Positions 48,854 through 58,097 of a stretch of DNA of 64,000 nucleotides are shown in pieces. Numbering within the stretch: the stretch's first letter is position 1; every line of letters begins with the position of its first letter. Location of the stretch: NCBI GenBank assembly GCA_964646985.1, contig CAZYFI010000001.1, positions 759 to 64,758 of the forward strand, in the 5' to 3' direction. A program made the translations under genes and the position numbers. This stretch comes from an uncultured Bacteroidales bacterium (GTDB lineage Bacteria; Bacillota_I; Bacilli_A; ML615J-28; CAG-698). The notes beneath the pieces are model-generated. The model was not told the DNA's origin. It ran no database searches and saw only the letters and a program-made list of their open reading frames with translations.

Positions 48854-48862
48854 TGATAGAAT
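48854..48862 (+). promoter_or_regulatory. Extended -10 promoter (TGaTAGAAT) for the metal ABC transporter ATPase/permease genes
   Basis: ctcttTGTGaTAGAATtacgctaGGTGGTGGttgcATG. No palindromic Zur/AdcR-type operator was evident. Confidence 0.35.
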
Positions 48863-48881
48863 TACGCTAGGTGGTGGTTGC

Positions 48882-49529
48882 ATGCGCGTGACTGTTAACA
48901 ATTTAACTTTTGCTTATACCCAAAAAATCGTTCTTAACAAACTAACGTTTGCCATCAACTCGGGTGATTTCTTAACGATTGTCGGGAAAAACGGTTCTGG
49001 AAAAAGCACTTTTATTAAATTATTATTGAAATTGCTTAAAACACCAGATAATTCCATTTTTCTTGATGATGTTGACATTAACAAAATCCCTCGTTATCAA
49101 TCCATTGGTTATGTTCCACAACGTATCGAATTTAGTTACGAGTTTCCTATTACAGTATCTGAGGTGCTTTCTTCGGCCTATCCGCATCGAAAAGATGCTT
49201 ATTATACTTCCATCATTAATGCGCTTGATCTAAATAGCTTTTATCGCGAAAATGTAAATACACTATCCGGTGGACAATTGCAACGCGTATTTATCGCAAG
49301 AGCGCTTCTAAATCGTCCAAAATTGCTCATATTAGATGAACCAACAGTAGGAGTTGATTTAGAAAATATCAAAGGGGTTGTGAAAATACTCGGTGAACTT
49401 AAAAAAGCAGGCGTTACCATCATTATTTCTTCCCATGAAATCGAACACATTCGTGATTTAACTGATTATTTTCTTTCAATGAATGATCTAGGGGAATTTC
49501 GTTTTTTGGAGGCAAAAACATGGGAATGA
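48882..49529 (+). CDS. Metal (Zn/Mn-type, ABC-3 family) ABC transporter ATP-binding protein, ZnuC-like
   Basis: MRVTVNNLTFAY...IVGKNGSGKSTF (Walker A), LSGGQLQR (signature), LLILDEPT (Walker B). Start moved to ATG 48882, which has a GGTGGTGG SD-like element. Confidence 0.8.
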   Translation: MRVTVNNLTFAYTQKIVLNKLTFAINSGDFLTIVGKNGSGKSTFIKLLLKLLKTPDNSIFLDDVDINKIPRYQSIGYVPQRIEFSYEFPITVSEVLSSAYPHRKDAYYTSIINALDLNSFYRENVNTLSGGQLQRVFIARALLNRPKLLILDEPTVGVDLENIKGVVKILGELKKAGVTIIISSHEIEHIRDLTDYFLSMNDLGEFRFLEAKTWE

Positions 49530-50422
49530 TGATACTAACAAACATTTTCCGTAGTTTTATTGACTCACCATTTTACCGTTATGCTTTTATAGCCGGTATT
49601 TGTATTGGCGTACTTGCGCCTTTAATTGGTACTGTCGTTGTCATTCGCCGTTTGTCATTTATTGCTGATACACTGAGCCACTTTTCTTTAGCGGGGGTTG
49701 CCATTGGCGTGTTCTTGGCAAAAATTATCCCTCAAGATATCATCAAATTGGATCCGATTCTCATGGGAGTTGTCTTCTCTGTGGGAGGAACATTCATCAT
49801 TGAGAAACTTCGTGGTTTTTATAAGAACTACAAAGAGTTATCCATGCCAATTTTATTGAGTTTGGGTGTGGCATTAAGTGGATTATTCATTTATTTAACC
49901 CCTGGTATTTCTACAAATTGGACAACAGGTTTGCTTTTTGGGTCAATTTATAGTATCAACGAATCTGATATTGTTATGATTCTTGCTTTAAGTGCCATCG
50001 TAATCACTTTAGCTGTTGTTTTTTACAAAAAAATTGTTTCTCTATGCTTTGATGAAGTGTATGCGAAGGTCTCTGGCATAAACATAAAGTTTATGCAGCT
50101 GATTATCACCATTATTTTAGCGTTGGTTATCTCGATTTTTATTGATTTGGTTGGAGTTTTGCTTATTTCTTCATTGATGATTGTCCCTGTTGCAGCAGCA
50201 ATCTTAGTAGGAGACTCTTTTAAAAACACAATTGGGTCTTCGATTGTCTTTTCTGAGATTTCTGTTGTTGGTGGCTTTGGTTTAAGTTACTATTTGAATC
50301 TACCAACTGGGTCTACCATCGTTTTAATTAATATTGCTATTTTGTTAATTATTATGGCCATTTCTCGGTTTAGAAAAATGCGTTTTTCTAAAGAAGAAGA
50401 TCCTTTAAAGTACGAAAAATAA
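49520..50422 (+). CDS. Metal ABC transporter permease (ABC-3 family, ZnuB/MntB-like)
   Basis: 300 aa, 8-9 TM, with the ABC-3 permease pattern including MIVPVAAA. Overlaps the ATPase gene. Confidence 0.8.
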   Translation: MGMMILTNIFRSFIDSPFYRYAFIAGICIGVLAPLIGTVVVIRRLSFIADTLSHFSLAGVAIGVFLAKIIPQDIIKLDPILMGVVFSVGGTFIIEKLRGFYKNYKELSMPILLSLGVALSGLFIYLTPGISTNWTTGLLFGSIYSINESDIVMILALSAIVITLAVVFYKKIVSLCFDEVYAKVSGINIKFMQLIITIILALVISIFIDLVGVLLISSLMIVPVAAAILVGDSFKNTIGSSIVFSEISVVGGFGLSYYLNLPTGSTIVLINIAILLIIMAISRFRKMRFSKEEDPLKYEK

Positions 50423-50458
50423 AACGACTGATTTGTTTAACAATCAGTCGCTTTTTTT
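50415..50458. terminator. Bidirectional terminator shared by the permease gene (+) and truA (-)
   Basis: cgactgatt-tgtttaac-aatcagtcg hairpin, with CTTTTTTTAT on + and TTTTATTTTT on -. It contains the truA stop. Confidence 0.65.
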
Positions 50459-51225
50459 ATGTCGTCTTTAAAATTAGGAATTTCTGAACTTTCTTCGGTA
50501 TAAAACACCCGATTGAGATACAATCCTGAAGAAGGTGCAATTTTAGGGGAAAATACACGGTTTTTTTGCTCCATAATGTATTTTAGGCGTTCTAAGGTAA
50601 TTTTATTACGCCCCACCTCTAAAGCCATAGCAACCAAAATACGGACCATGTGATGCATGAAGCCATTGCCTATCATTTTAATCGTAATGAGTGTGTTTTC
50701 TTGGGTAAAATCAATATGGAAAATCGCTCTTGTTGTATTGGATAATTGTTGGTTTTTTGTGAAAGAACGAAAATCGTGAATGCCTTGAAAAAGAAGAATG
50801 GCTTCTTTAAACAAAGCAACATCGACATTATGAAACGGGCAGTAATAACGATAGTTTTTGAAAAGTGGATTTCTTTCACTGAAATCGAGCAAATAATGAT
50901 ACTCTTTTGCTATGGCACTAAACCTTGCATGAAATAAATCGCTCACTTTTTCTACTTTTACTACAAAAACATCTCTTGCTAAGCGAGTATTGATTGCGTT
51001 TCTCATATTTTCTTCTGGCATATCGATGATAGAATCAAAGTGAAACACTTGGCCAAGGGCATGAACACCAGCATCCGTCCTTCCGGAAGGATAAATAATG
51101 GTGTTTCCTTTGTTTATGATTGACAAAACACTCTCGATTTCTTTTTGTACCGTGCGCAATTCACCTTGGGTTTGAAATCCATGAAATAAGGTTCCATCAT
51201 AAGCAACAGTACATTTATAACGCAT
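50437..51225 (-). CDS. truA: tRNA pseudouridine(38-40) synthase
   Basis: MRYKCTVAYDGTLFHGFQTQ and the catalytic Asp block SGRTDAGVHALGQV. 262 aa. Confidence 0.9.
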   Translation of the reverse strand: MRYKCTVAYDGTLFHGFQTQGELRTVQKEIESVLSIINKGNTIIYPSGRTDAGVHALGQVFHFDSIIDMPEENMRNAINTRLARDVFVVKVEKVSDLFHARFSAIAKEYHYLLDFSERNPLFKNYRYYCPFHNVDVALFKEAILLFQGIHDFRSFTKNQQLSNTTRAIFHIDFTQENTLITIKMIGNGFMHHMVRILVAMALEVGRNKITLERLKYIMEQKNRVFSPKIAPSSGLYLNRVFYTEESSEIPNFKDDIKKATDC

Positions 51226-52195
51226 ACCATCCTGCCACTTTCACAACGATTAAGCCAGCAATTGCACAAATCACAACAAATAGTGTAATCAAATCTGCCA
51301 GGCGGTACTGTAATAAATTGATATTCGTGCGTGGTGCTTCAGGAATATATCCTCTTGCTTCCATCGCATCAGCCAAATCACCTGCTCGTTTATAAGAAAT
51401 AACAAACATCGGTACTAATAAAGAGACAATTTGTGTAATTTTATCTTTAAACTTGCTTTCTTTAAAATCAACTCCACGAGAAGCTTGCGCTTTTAATATT
51501 TTTTCTGCTTCATTTAGTAATGTTGGAATAAATCTAAGCGATATCGAGATCATCATGGTCATAATACTCACATTTATTTTCAAAGCCCGAAGCGGCTTAG
51601 CAAGGGATTCTAGGCCATTGTTCAAATCAGTTGGTTTTGTAGACAAAGTCAATAACGAAGAAATAAAGATAAGGGAAATAATGCGGGTAACGATTAATGC
51701 AGAAGACATCATTCCTTCTTTATACAAATATAGCGTATAATCAACAGCCAATAAATTTGATTTCAAATAAAATTGTAACAAAAAGGCTCCAAAAAACAAC
51801 AACAAAAACAGCAAAAAGCGAAACTTGCGAATCAGTTTTTTAGATAAAAAGTATAAAACAAACGAAACAACTATCACACTGGCATTGAGTAAGTTGATTT
51901 GCAATCCAACAGGAATGCTTTCTCCACTACGATTTAACAACACTTGAAATGCGACGGTTACAAACAACAACATAGTCATCATCTTTAAACTGCTTAAAAA
52001 TTTAGATAGGGGAACTTTACTTGTTATCACCAAAAGAAGCGTAATTCCAAAGGCAATGAGCAATGAATATAGTTCTCTTAACAAAAACAAAGAAGCAATC
52101 AAAATAAAAATAGCAATGAGTTTTGTTCTAGGATCCAAACGATGAATCCAAGAATCAACATTATAATATTGACCAAATACAACTTTGTTATTCAT
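51215..52195 (-). CDS. ecfT: Energy-coupling-factor transporter transmembrane component EcfT
   Basis: MNNKVVFGQYYNVDSWIHRLDPRTKLIAIFIL is the canonical EcfT start, and the conserved ARG motif region EARG is present. Start moved from 52258 to 52195, 8 nt overlap with ecfA2. Confidence 0.85.
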   Translation of the reverse strand: MNNKVVFGQYYNVDSWIHRLDPRTKLIAIFILIASLFLLRELYSLLIAFGITLLLVITSKVPLSKFLSSLKMMTMLLFVTVAFQVLLNRSGESIPVGLQINLLNASVIVVSFVLYFLSKKLIRKFRFLLFLLLFFGAFLLQFYLKSNLLAVDYTLYLYKEGMMSSALIVTRIISLIFISSLLTLSTKPTDLNNGLESLAKPLRALKINVSIMTMMISISLRFIPTLLNEAEKILKAQASRGVDFKESKFKDKITQIVSLLVPMFVISYKRAGDLADAMEARGYIPEAPRTNINLLQYRLADLITLFVVICAIAGLIVVKVAGWYAL

Positions 52196-53045
52196 TGGTT
52201 TCACCAAATTTGCGACAAATTTCCAAATAAGCATCCATAACACTGTGTTGGTTGACATCTAAATGTATAGAAAATTTGGCTTCCAACGCTTTTAAGATTT
52301 GAATGGTATTGGGATAATCTAAATGATACGTTTCCATTAAATCTTCTTTAGCAAACAATTGCTTTTTGTCGCCATCAAAGATAACGTGTCCTTGATTTAA
52401 CACAATGACTCGGTTGACATAGTTTGACACCACTTCCATATCGTGCGTAATCAAAATGATGGTTTTATGAAATTCTTTGTGTAATTTTTGTAAAAACAAA
52501 AGCAATTCTGTTTTCGCAAGCGGATCAAGTCCTACTGTTGGTTCATCAAGAATCAAAACTTCAGGATTCGTAGCTAAAATAGAAGCAATGGCTACTTTTC
52601 TTAATTGTCCGCCAGATAGCGTGAAGGGACTTCTATCAAGTAAATCGGTAATTCCCATCACTGCTGCCGCATCCATGGCTGTTTTCTCAAGTTCAGGCAT
52701 ATTAAAATTCTTAGGCCCAAACATAATTTCTTTTTTTACCGTTTCTTCAAATACTTGATATTCAGGAAATTGAAAAACCAAACCAACTTTTTGGCGAATG
52801 GGTTTTAATTTTGTTGTTGGCGCCACTACTCTGTCAAACAAAGTGACTTCTCCACTGCTTGGCAAAAGCAAGGCATTCATCATTTGTACAAGCGTTGATT
52901 TTCCACTACCAGTGTGCCCCACCAAAGCAATAAATTCATCTTTTTGTGATATGTTTAAATTGACATCTTCTAAAATATAGCGAATATATTGTTTTTTACG
53001 AGGACGATAATAGGCAAAAGCTACTTTTGAAAAGCGTATTCCCAT
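52188..53045 (-). CDS. ecfA2: ECF transporter ATPase subunit A2
   Basis: ALVGHTGSGKST, LSGGQLRKVAIA and LILDEPTVGLD motifs. 285 aa. Position between ecfA1 and ecfT. Confidence 0.9.
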   Translation of the reverse strand: MGIRFSKVAFAYYRPRKKQYIRYILEDVNLNISQKDEFIALVGHTGSGKSTLVQMMNALLLPSSGEVTLFDRVVAPTTKLKPIRQKVGLVFQFPEYQVFEETVKKEIMFGPKNFNMPELEKTAMDAAAVMGITDLLDRSPFTLSGGQLRKVAIASILATNPEVLILDEPTVGLDPLAKTELLLFLQKLHKEFHKTIILITHDMEVVSNYVNRVIVLNQGHVIFDGDKKQLFAKEDLMETYHLDYPNTIQILKALEAKFSIHLDVNQHSVMDAYLEICRKFGETNE

Positions 53046-53836
53046 AATAATTCCTCGATTTCTTTTTTATTTTTTAGTTTTGGATTGTTTTCAATGAATT
53101 CAATTAATTTCATGCTTTCTAAAATATCCAAAGAGCTCTCTTTCAATAATTCTTTATGCGAAAATACAACTTGTGGTTGATCATTTAAAATGATTCTTCC
53201 TTTCGACAAAACAATCACGCGATCGGCAAACACCGCTTCATTCAAATTATGTGTTATGGCAATAATCGTTTTATGGCCTTTTAATGTATTGATAACGTCA
53301 TTGACTTCTTTGACTCCCTTAGGATCAAGCATCGATGTTGATTCATCAAAGATAATCACTTCAGGATTTGCTGCTAAAACTCCGGCAATCGCAACACGTT
53401 GTTTTTCCCCTCCAGATAAATTTTCGGGATTGTATTGTAAGAAGGCTTCCATATTAACTAGTTTTGCGTATTTATCAATTAATTCAAGCATTGTTTCTCT
53501 AGGGAATTGGCGGTTTTCCAACCCAAAAGCAATATCATCTTTGACAGTAACACCAACAAATTGATTGTCAGGATTTTGAAACACAATGCCAATTTGGTGA
53601 CGAATCTCATTGACGTTTTTTTCATTTAACAAACTACCATTGATATAGATTTCGCCACTATCTACAGGAAGCAATCCTGTTAATAGTTTTGCAATCGTAG
53701 ATTTTCCGCTTCCGTTATGACCTAAAATACAAACAAATTCGCCTTTTTTGATGGAAAAAGAAACATCAGAAATAACGGGTTCATTTTGACGATAAGAAAA
53801 ATGAATATGTTCTACTTTTATCATGTTATACCTCAA
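53021..53836 (-). CDS. ecfA1: ECF transporter ATPase subunit A1
   Basis: ILGHNGSGKST, LSGGEKQRVAIA and IIFDESTSMLD motifs. 271 aa. The true start is possibly ATG 53824. Confidence 0.9.
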   Translation of the reverse strand: MRYNMIKVEHIHFSYRQNEPVISDVSFSIKKGEFVCILGHNGSGKSTIAKLLTGLLPVDSGEIYINGSLLNEKNVNEIRHQIGIVFQNPDNQFVGVTVKDDIAFGLENRQFPRETMLELIDKYAKLVNMEAFLQYNPENLSGGEKQRVAIAGVLAANPEVIIFDESTSMLDPKGVKEVNDVINTLKGHKTIIAITHNLNEAVFADRVIVLSKGRIILNDQPQVVFSHKELLKESSLDILESMKLIEFIENNPKLKNKKEIEELLWEYAFQK

Positions 53837-54248
53837 TCACGATTTCTTTTGTCACGTAACGAACCATTACACCGTTTGTACAAACAATAGGCGATGGATA
53901 ATTGGGCCTAAGCTTCATATGCAAACAATATTTGTTTTTACAACTTGCTTGTTCCATTTCAATCAAAGGTTTCGTTATGTGAATAACATTGGTAATTTCA
54001 TCTTCGGATGCAATGTCATATGTTTTTATCGTGTCATTAATTTTCACTGTTAATACATTATCTTTCGCAGTGATTTCTACTAAGACGTCCAAATCATCGG
54101 TAATATCAGTAGAATAAACCACCATATTCCGATAATAAACTTCGACTTTTAGTTCATCTGTTCTTCCTATCGAGCTAAAATAGACGATATATAAAAAAAC
54201 AGAAAATAAAAAAACGATGGATATCACAAAAATGTCGAATTTTTTCAT
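53826..54248 (-). CDS. Small membrane-anchored protein resembling NusG-domain-II-containing (DUF1312-like) proteins
   Basis: N-terminal TM helix, then a beta-rich domain with Cys pattern ASCKNKYCLH...PIVCTNGVMV. Family call is from memory of DUF1312 proteins. Directly upstream of ecfA1. Own RBS AAGGGTGA and a TTGgTAAAAT element about 35 nt upstream. Confidence 0.4.
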   Translation of the reverse strand: MKKFDIFVISIVFLFSVFLYIVYFSSIGRTDELKVEVYYRNMVVYSTDITDDLDVLVEITAKDNVLTVKINDTIKTYDIASEDEITNVIHITKPLIEMEQASCKNKYCLHMKLRPNYPSPIVCTNGVMVRYVTKEIVIEV

Positions 54249-54300
54249 ATTTCATCACCCTTTGCAATGCCATATTTTACCAAATTTTTGCATTTTTTAC

Positions 54301-54335
54301 AAGTCAAATAAAAATAAGAAGGTTTACTTCTTATT
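54301..54335 (-). terminator. Rho-independent terminator after the acyltransferase gene
   Basis: aataagaag-gttta-cttcttatt hairpin with the gene's stop codon in the loop, followed on the minus strand by TTTATTTGACTT. Confidence 0.6.
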
Positions 54336-55580
54336 TTTAATCGCATTAATTCGTTCTTGTTCTTTGATTTTATAGATTTCTTCCACAGCAAATTGAATTT
54401 TTGTGACCACATTTTTCTTTGTTTGGGGAAACAAATAATAAGTGTCATCTAATGTAGACAAATCAAGGCAATCACCTTTTTTAAAATAATCAAATTCAAT
54501 GTGAAGGCTATATAAAGATAATGTTGGCTTTTCTAAATAAAAATCCGGCTCATTTTCTAAGTTGTTTAAAACAAAACCATTAACATCATGGTGTAACTGG
54601 GCTTTCCCTAATCTGATATATCCTTTTGCATTAGGAAGAGAATCGACAATCACTTCGTCAGAGAACTCATAAGTACCGGCTTCTACTTGCTTTCTTACTT
54701 GTTCGCGTTCAAATTCAAACCAATCAGGAATATGCGAAAACTCAGTTTCGCCTTCTATCGCACTTAGTTCCCCATATTCATTCATTTTCCAACGCTTGTG
54801 GCAATGCTCACACCAAATTTCATCTAGATCAGAATTCATTTGTGATTCGGTCAAGCAATGTGGGCATTGATACAATATTTGGTGCAGCCCTTTGGCTCTA
54901 TTGGGAAAATCAATTTTGATCTTGTTTTCTTTTTGCCATTTATATTCATCATAAACAAATTTTTCTCGGATTGCTTGATTGATTTCTTCAACAGAAGCAT
55001 CTTCCAGCTGTTCTTTTGTGAAAATTTGTGTCATTTCGGCTTCTAGTCTAACTTTTCGTTTATCCAAATTCCAAACAGGTTGTGATAAGTGGTTGCCGTG
55101 TTGAATAAACGTGACCACTGGAACTTTCAACATTTTCACAAGTTTTCCCAAACTATCAGGTAATACAGAATTTGTGCCTGTGTAAGAATAGCGGGCTTCT
55201 GGATAAAGCGCTAACACTGTTTTATTGGTTTCTAGTGCATATTTCATATGCTTGATTAATTGTAAATCTTGGGTGAATTTGCGTTTGCAAATACATCCAA
55301 CTTGACGCAGTAACCACTCATTGATTAAAAAACCATCTATAGCAACAACATAATTTGCGCGATGAGGAAAAAGGGCTCTTGTTGCAACTTTAAAATCTAC
55401 AAATGCCATATGATTCGATAAAAACAAATAAGGTGGTTTTAAGTGATCCATGTTTGTCTTGGTAACTTTTAGTTTTCGACTCCAAATTTCCGGAAAACTA
55501 AGCAACCAAGTTAAGGGCGCCAAAAACCATCTTTGCTTTATTGGTTTTCTTTTCATGTCAAAGCGTTCTACATCTTTCAT
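54324..55580 (-). CDS. Lysophospholipid (1-acyl-glycerol-3-phosphate) acyltransferase-family protein with a central zinc ribbon and C-terminal extension
   Basis: LSNHMAFVDF (HX4D acyltransferase motif I), LALYPEARYS (motif III-like) and a CPHCLTE...CEHCHKRW zinc ribbon. 418 aa. Promoter -10 TATAAT and RBS AGAGAGG upstream. Confidence 0.65.
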   Translation of the reverse strand: MKDVERFDMKRKPIKQRWFLAPLTWLLSFPEIWSRKLKVTKTNMDHLKPPYLFLSNHMAFVDFKVATRALFPHRANYVVAIDGFLINEWLLRQVGCICKRKFTQDLQLIKHMKYALETNKTVLALYPEARYSYTGTNSVLPDSLGKLVKMLKVPVVTFIQHGNHLSQPVWNLDKRKVRLEAEMTQIFTKEQLEDASVEEINQAIREKFVYDEYKWQKENKIKIDFPNRAKGLHQILYQCPHCLTESQMNSDLDEIWCEHCHKRWKMNEYGELSAIEGETEFSHIPDWFEFEREQVRKQVEAGTYEFSDEVIVDSLPNAKGYIRLGKAQLHHDVNGFVLNNLENEPDFYLEKPTLSLYSLHIEFDYFKKGDCLDLSTLDDTYYLFPQTKKNVVTKIQFAVEEIYKIKEQERINAIKNKK

Positions 55581-55639
55581 AATAACCTCTCTTTATTGGT
55601 AATTAATTATATACTTATATCCATTTTTAAACAAGAAAA

Positions 55640-55676
55640 ATTATTTCTTAAAAAAGAAAAACCCCTTGATAGGGGC
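55640..55676 (-). terminator. Rho-independent terminator closing the ribosomal/rpoA/rplQ operon
   Basis: cccct-tgat-agggg hairpin followed on the minus strand by TTTTTCTTTTTT. Confidence 0.65.
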
Positions 55677-55681
55677 TTTTT

Positions 55682-56050
55682 TCACACAAATTCAATGATA
55701 GCCATAGGAGCAGAATCACCAAGACGAGGTACAAGTTTTAAAACTCTTGTATATCCGCCTTTGCGTTCTTTGTATCTCAAAGCGATATCGGAAAATAGTT
55801 TTTGAATCGCATATTGTTCTTTTTTCTCATCAACAAATTCAAAGCGAATCATTTGCGCTGCTTTCACGCGAGATGATAAAGTATTAGCTTTACCAAGAGT
55901 AACCATTTTATCCGCTAACCTTTGGAGTTCCTTGGCTTTATGATATGTTGTTTCGATTTTTTCGTTGATAATTAGGTCAGTAATCAAATCACGAAGCAAT
56001 GCTTTGCGTTGTGCAGAATTACGTCCTAATCGACGATATCCTAATGCCAT
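55682..56050 (-). CDS. rplQ: 50S ribosomal protein L17
   Basis: [22 protein letters not shown]... is the canonical L17 sequence. 122 aa. Confidence 0.95.
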   Translation of the reverse strand: MALGYRRLGRNSAQRKALLRDLITDLIINEKIETTYHKAKELQRLADKMVTLGKANTLSSRVKAAQMIRFEFVDEKKEQYAIQKLFSDIALRYKERKGGYTRVLKLVPRLGDSAPMAIIEFV

Positions 56051-56077
56051 GTTCGTTTCCTCCTTCAGGAATAGTTT

Positions 56078-57139
56078 TTAGTTTGTTTCATCTGACGAAT
56101 CATCTACATCATCGTCAAAATCTGAATAATCGTAGTCTGTTTCATAGGAACGGCGCAAATCCAATCCGATTTCACGAAGCTTTTGTACAACTTCTTTTAA
56201 TGATTTGCGTCCTAAATTACGAACTCTCATCATTTCTTCTTCGGTTTTTTGGGCTAATTCTCCAACTGTATTAATGCCTGCGCGTTTTAAACAATTGTAA
56301 GAACGAACAGATAAGTCAAGTTCTTCAATTTTCTTTTCAAGTTTTTTGTTACTTACTTTTTCTTCACGTTCATACATGTATTCTTGTTCAACAACAATTT
56401 CATTTAACCCAGCAACAACATTAAAATGTTCCATCAAAAACTTAGAAGCCAATGAAGCAGCATTTGCAGCAGTAATCGACTTATTGGTCCACACTTCTAA
56501 CATTAATTTTTCATAATCAACGTTTTCATCAACACGTGTTCTTTCAACATCATAACGTACTTTTGTCACTGGCGTATAAATGGCATCAATGGCAATGCGG
56601 CTAACAATGGTATTTCCATTTTTATCTTTGCAGAAGACTTTGTTGTCTTCAGCACCAACATAACCAATGCCGCGACGAGCAAAGAACTTCGCTTTAAATT
56701 GTCCGTTCTTTTCTAGTGTCGCAATAACTTGTTGTGGATTAACAATGGTATATTCACTGCTAATTTCTAAATCGCCTGCGGTAATTGTTTGTTCACCATT
56801 TGTAGCAATGCTTAACTCAATGAGATCTTGTGGATCATGAGGCATTGGCTTAAATAATTGGTCTTCCGAGACAGTCAAGACAATATTCTTTAAATTTAAG
56901 ATGATTTCTGTCACGTCTTCACGAATTCCATCAATCGCCATAAATTCATGTTCCACGCCTTCAATCTCCAAAGCTACAATGGCAATCCCTGGCATCGATG
57001 ACAATAAAACACGGCGCAAAGCGTTCCCTATCGTAATTCCATATCCTCTTTCAAGAGGCATAATGGTAAACTTACCATAGCCTTCGGTTTCATTACCTTC
57101 AACAATTGTTTGAGGTTTAATAAATTCGAATTTTCTCAA
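56078..57139 (-). CDS. rpoA: DNA-directed RNA polymerase alpha subunit (with an acidic C-terminal tail)
   Basis: NTD (FTIMPLERGYGITIGNALRRVLLSS), then the alpha CTD, then about 22 extra acidic residues ...ETDYDYSDFDDDVDDSSDETN. 353 aa. Confidence 0.95.
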   Translation of the reverse strand: MRKFEFIKPQTIVEGNETEGYGKFTIMPLERGYGITIGNALRRVLLSSMPGIAIVALEIEGVEHEFMAIDGIREDVTEIILNLKNIVLTVSEDQLFKPMPHDPQDLIELSIATNGEQTITAGDLEISSEYTIVNPQQVIATLEKNGQFKAKFFARRGIGYVGAEDNKVFCKDKNGNTIVSRIAIDAIYTPVTKVRYDVERTRVDENVDYEKLMLEVWTNKSITAANAASLASKFLMEHFNVVAGLNEIVVEQEYMYEREEKVSNKKLEKKIEELDLSVRSYNCLKRAGINTVGELAQKTEEEMMRVRNLGRKSLKEVVQKLREIGLDLRRSYETDYDYSDFDDDVDDSSDETN

Positions 57140-57170
57140 TTCGTTTCCTCCTTATTGATTTTTTAATGTC

Positions 57171-57557
57171 TTATCCGCGAGGTCGTTTTGGTGGACGGCA
57201 TCCGTTGTGAGGAATTGGTGTAACATCTTTAATGGATGTAATTTCCAATCCAGCGATTTGTAAAGATCGAATTGCTGCTTCACGTCCAGGACCTGGTCCA
57301 CGAACAGAAACTTCAACTTTAATCATTCCTTGCGTAATAGCTGCTTTAGCGGCAGCTTCAGAAGCCATTTGCGCTGCAAAAGGAGTTGATTTTTTACTTC
57401 CGCGAAAACCTAAGGCACCCGCACTGCTCCAAGCGATTGCGTTGCCTACAGCATCAGTAATTGTAATAATTGTGTTATTAAAAGTAGAATGAATATGAGC
57501 AGCGCCATTTGGTATATTCTTTCTAACTTTACGTTTTGTACGTACTTTAGTAGCCAT
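57171..57557 (-). CDS. rpsK: 30S ribosomal protein S11
   Basis: Canonical S11 sequence. 128 aa. Confidence 0.95.
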   Translation of the reverse strand: MATKVRTKRKVRKNIPNGAAHIHSTFNNTIITITDAVGNAIAWSSAGALGFRGSKKSTPFAAQMASEAAAKAAITQGMIKVEVSVRGPGPGREAAIRSLQIAGLEITSIKDVTPIPHNGCRPPKRPRG

Positions 57558-57572
57558 TATGCGTTCTCCCTT

Positions 57573-57938
57573 CTACTTCTTCTTATTAGCCACGGTTTTG
57601 GCTTTTCCTTTACGGGTACGAGCATTGCAACGTGTGTTTTGACCACGAACTGGTAATCCACGACGATGACGAATCCCACGGTAACACCCGATTTCCATTA
57701 ATCGTTTGATATTTAAGGCGATTTCACGACGTAAATCTCCTTCAACTTTATATGCTGCTACTTCTTTACGAACAGCAGCCAATTCCTCTTCGGTCAAATC
57801 CTTAACGCGTTTGTCAGGATTGACATTTGCTTTTTTTAATAATTCAATTGCGGTTGCTCTTCCAATTCCATAAATATATGTTAAAGAAACATCTACATGT
57901 TTATCTCTTGGAATATCAACACCAGCTATACGTGCCAT
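57573..57938 (-). CDS. rpsM: 30S ribosomal protein S13
   Basis: [15 protein letters not shown]... 121 aa. RBS AGGAGG. Confidence 0.95.
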   Translation of the reverse strand: MARIAGVDIPRDKHVDVSLTYIYGIGRATAIELLKKANVNPDKRVKDLTEEELAAVRKEVAAYKVEGDLRREIALNIKRLMEIGCYRGIRHRRGLPVRGQNTRCNARTRKGKAKTVANKKK

Positions 57939-57955
57939 TTGTTTTGCACCTCCTA

Positions 57956-58069
57956 TTAGCCTTGTCTTTGCTTATGCTTAGGGTTTTTACAAATAATCAT
58001 AACTCGCCCCTTGCGATTGATCACTTTACATTGATCACAAATTGGTTTGACTGATGGTCTTACTTTCAT
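57956..58069 (-). CDS. rpmJ: 50S ribosomal protein L36 (zinc-ribbon type)
   Basis: Hand translation: [37 protein letters not shown]. Not in the ORF track (37 aa). Canonical position between infA and rpsM. Confidence 0.85.
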   Translation of the reverse strand: MKVRPSVKPICDQCKVINRKGRVMIICKNPKHKQRQG

Positions 58070-58097
58070 TATGAATTTCCTCCTATAATTGGAAAAC

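Noticed and set aside
48719-48881. Zur/AdcR operator or metal riboswitch in the 160-nt region upstream of the znuC-like gene
   Set aside because: No palindrome resembling TCGTAAT-N-ATTACGA or TTAACnnGTTAA. Only an extended -10 element was found. The question is left open rather than called.
54245-54448. 67-aa Lys-rich minus-strand ORF ending in an ATGA overlap with the DUF1312-like gene start
   Set aside because: It runs through the acyltransferase terminator hairpin and overlaps the acyltransferase 3' end out of frame. It has no RBS and low complexity. The ATGA junction is probably coincidental.
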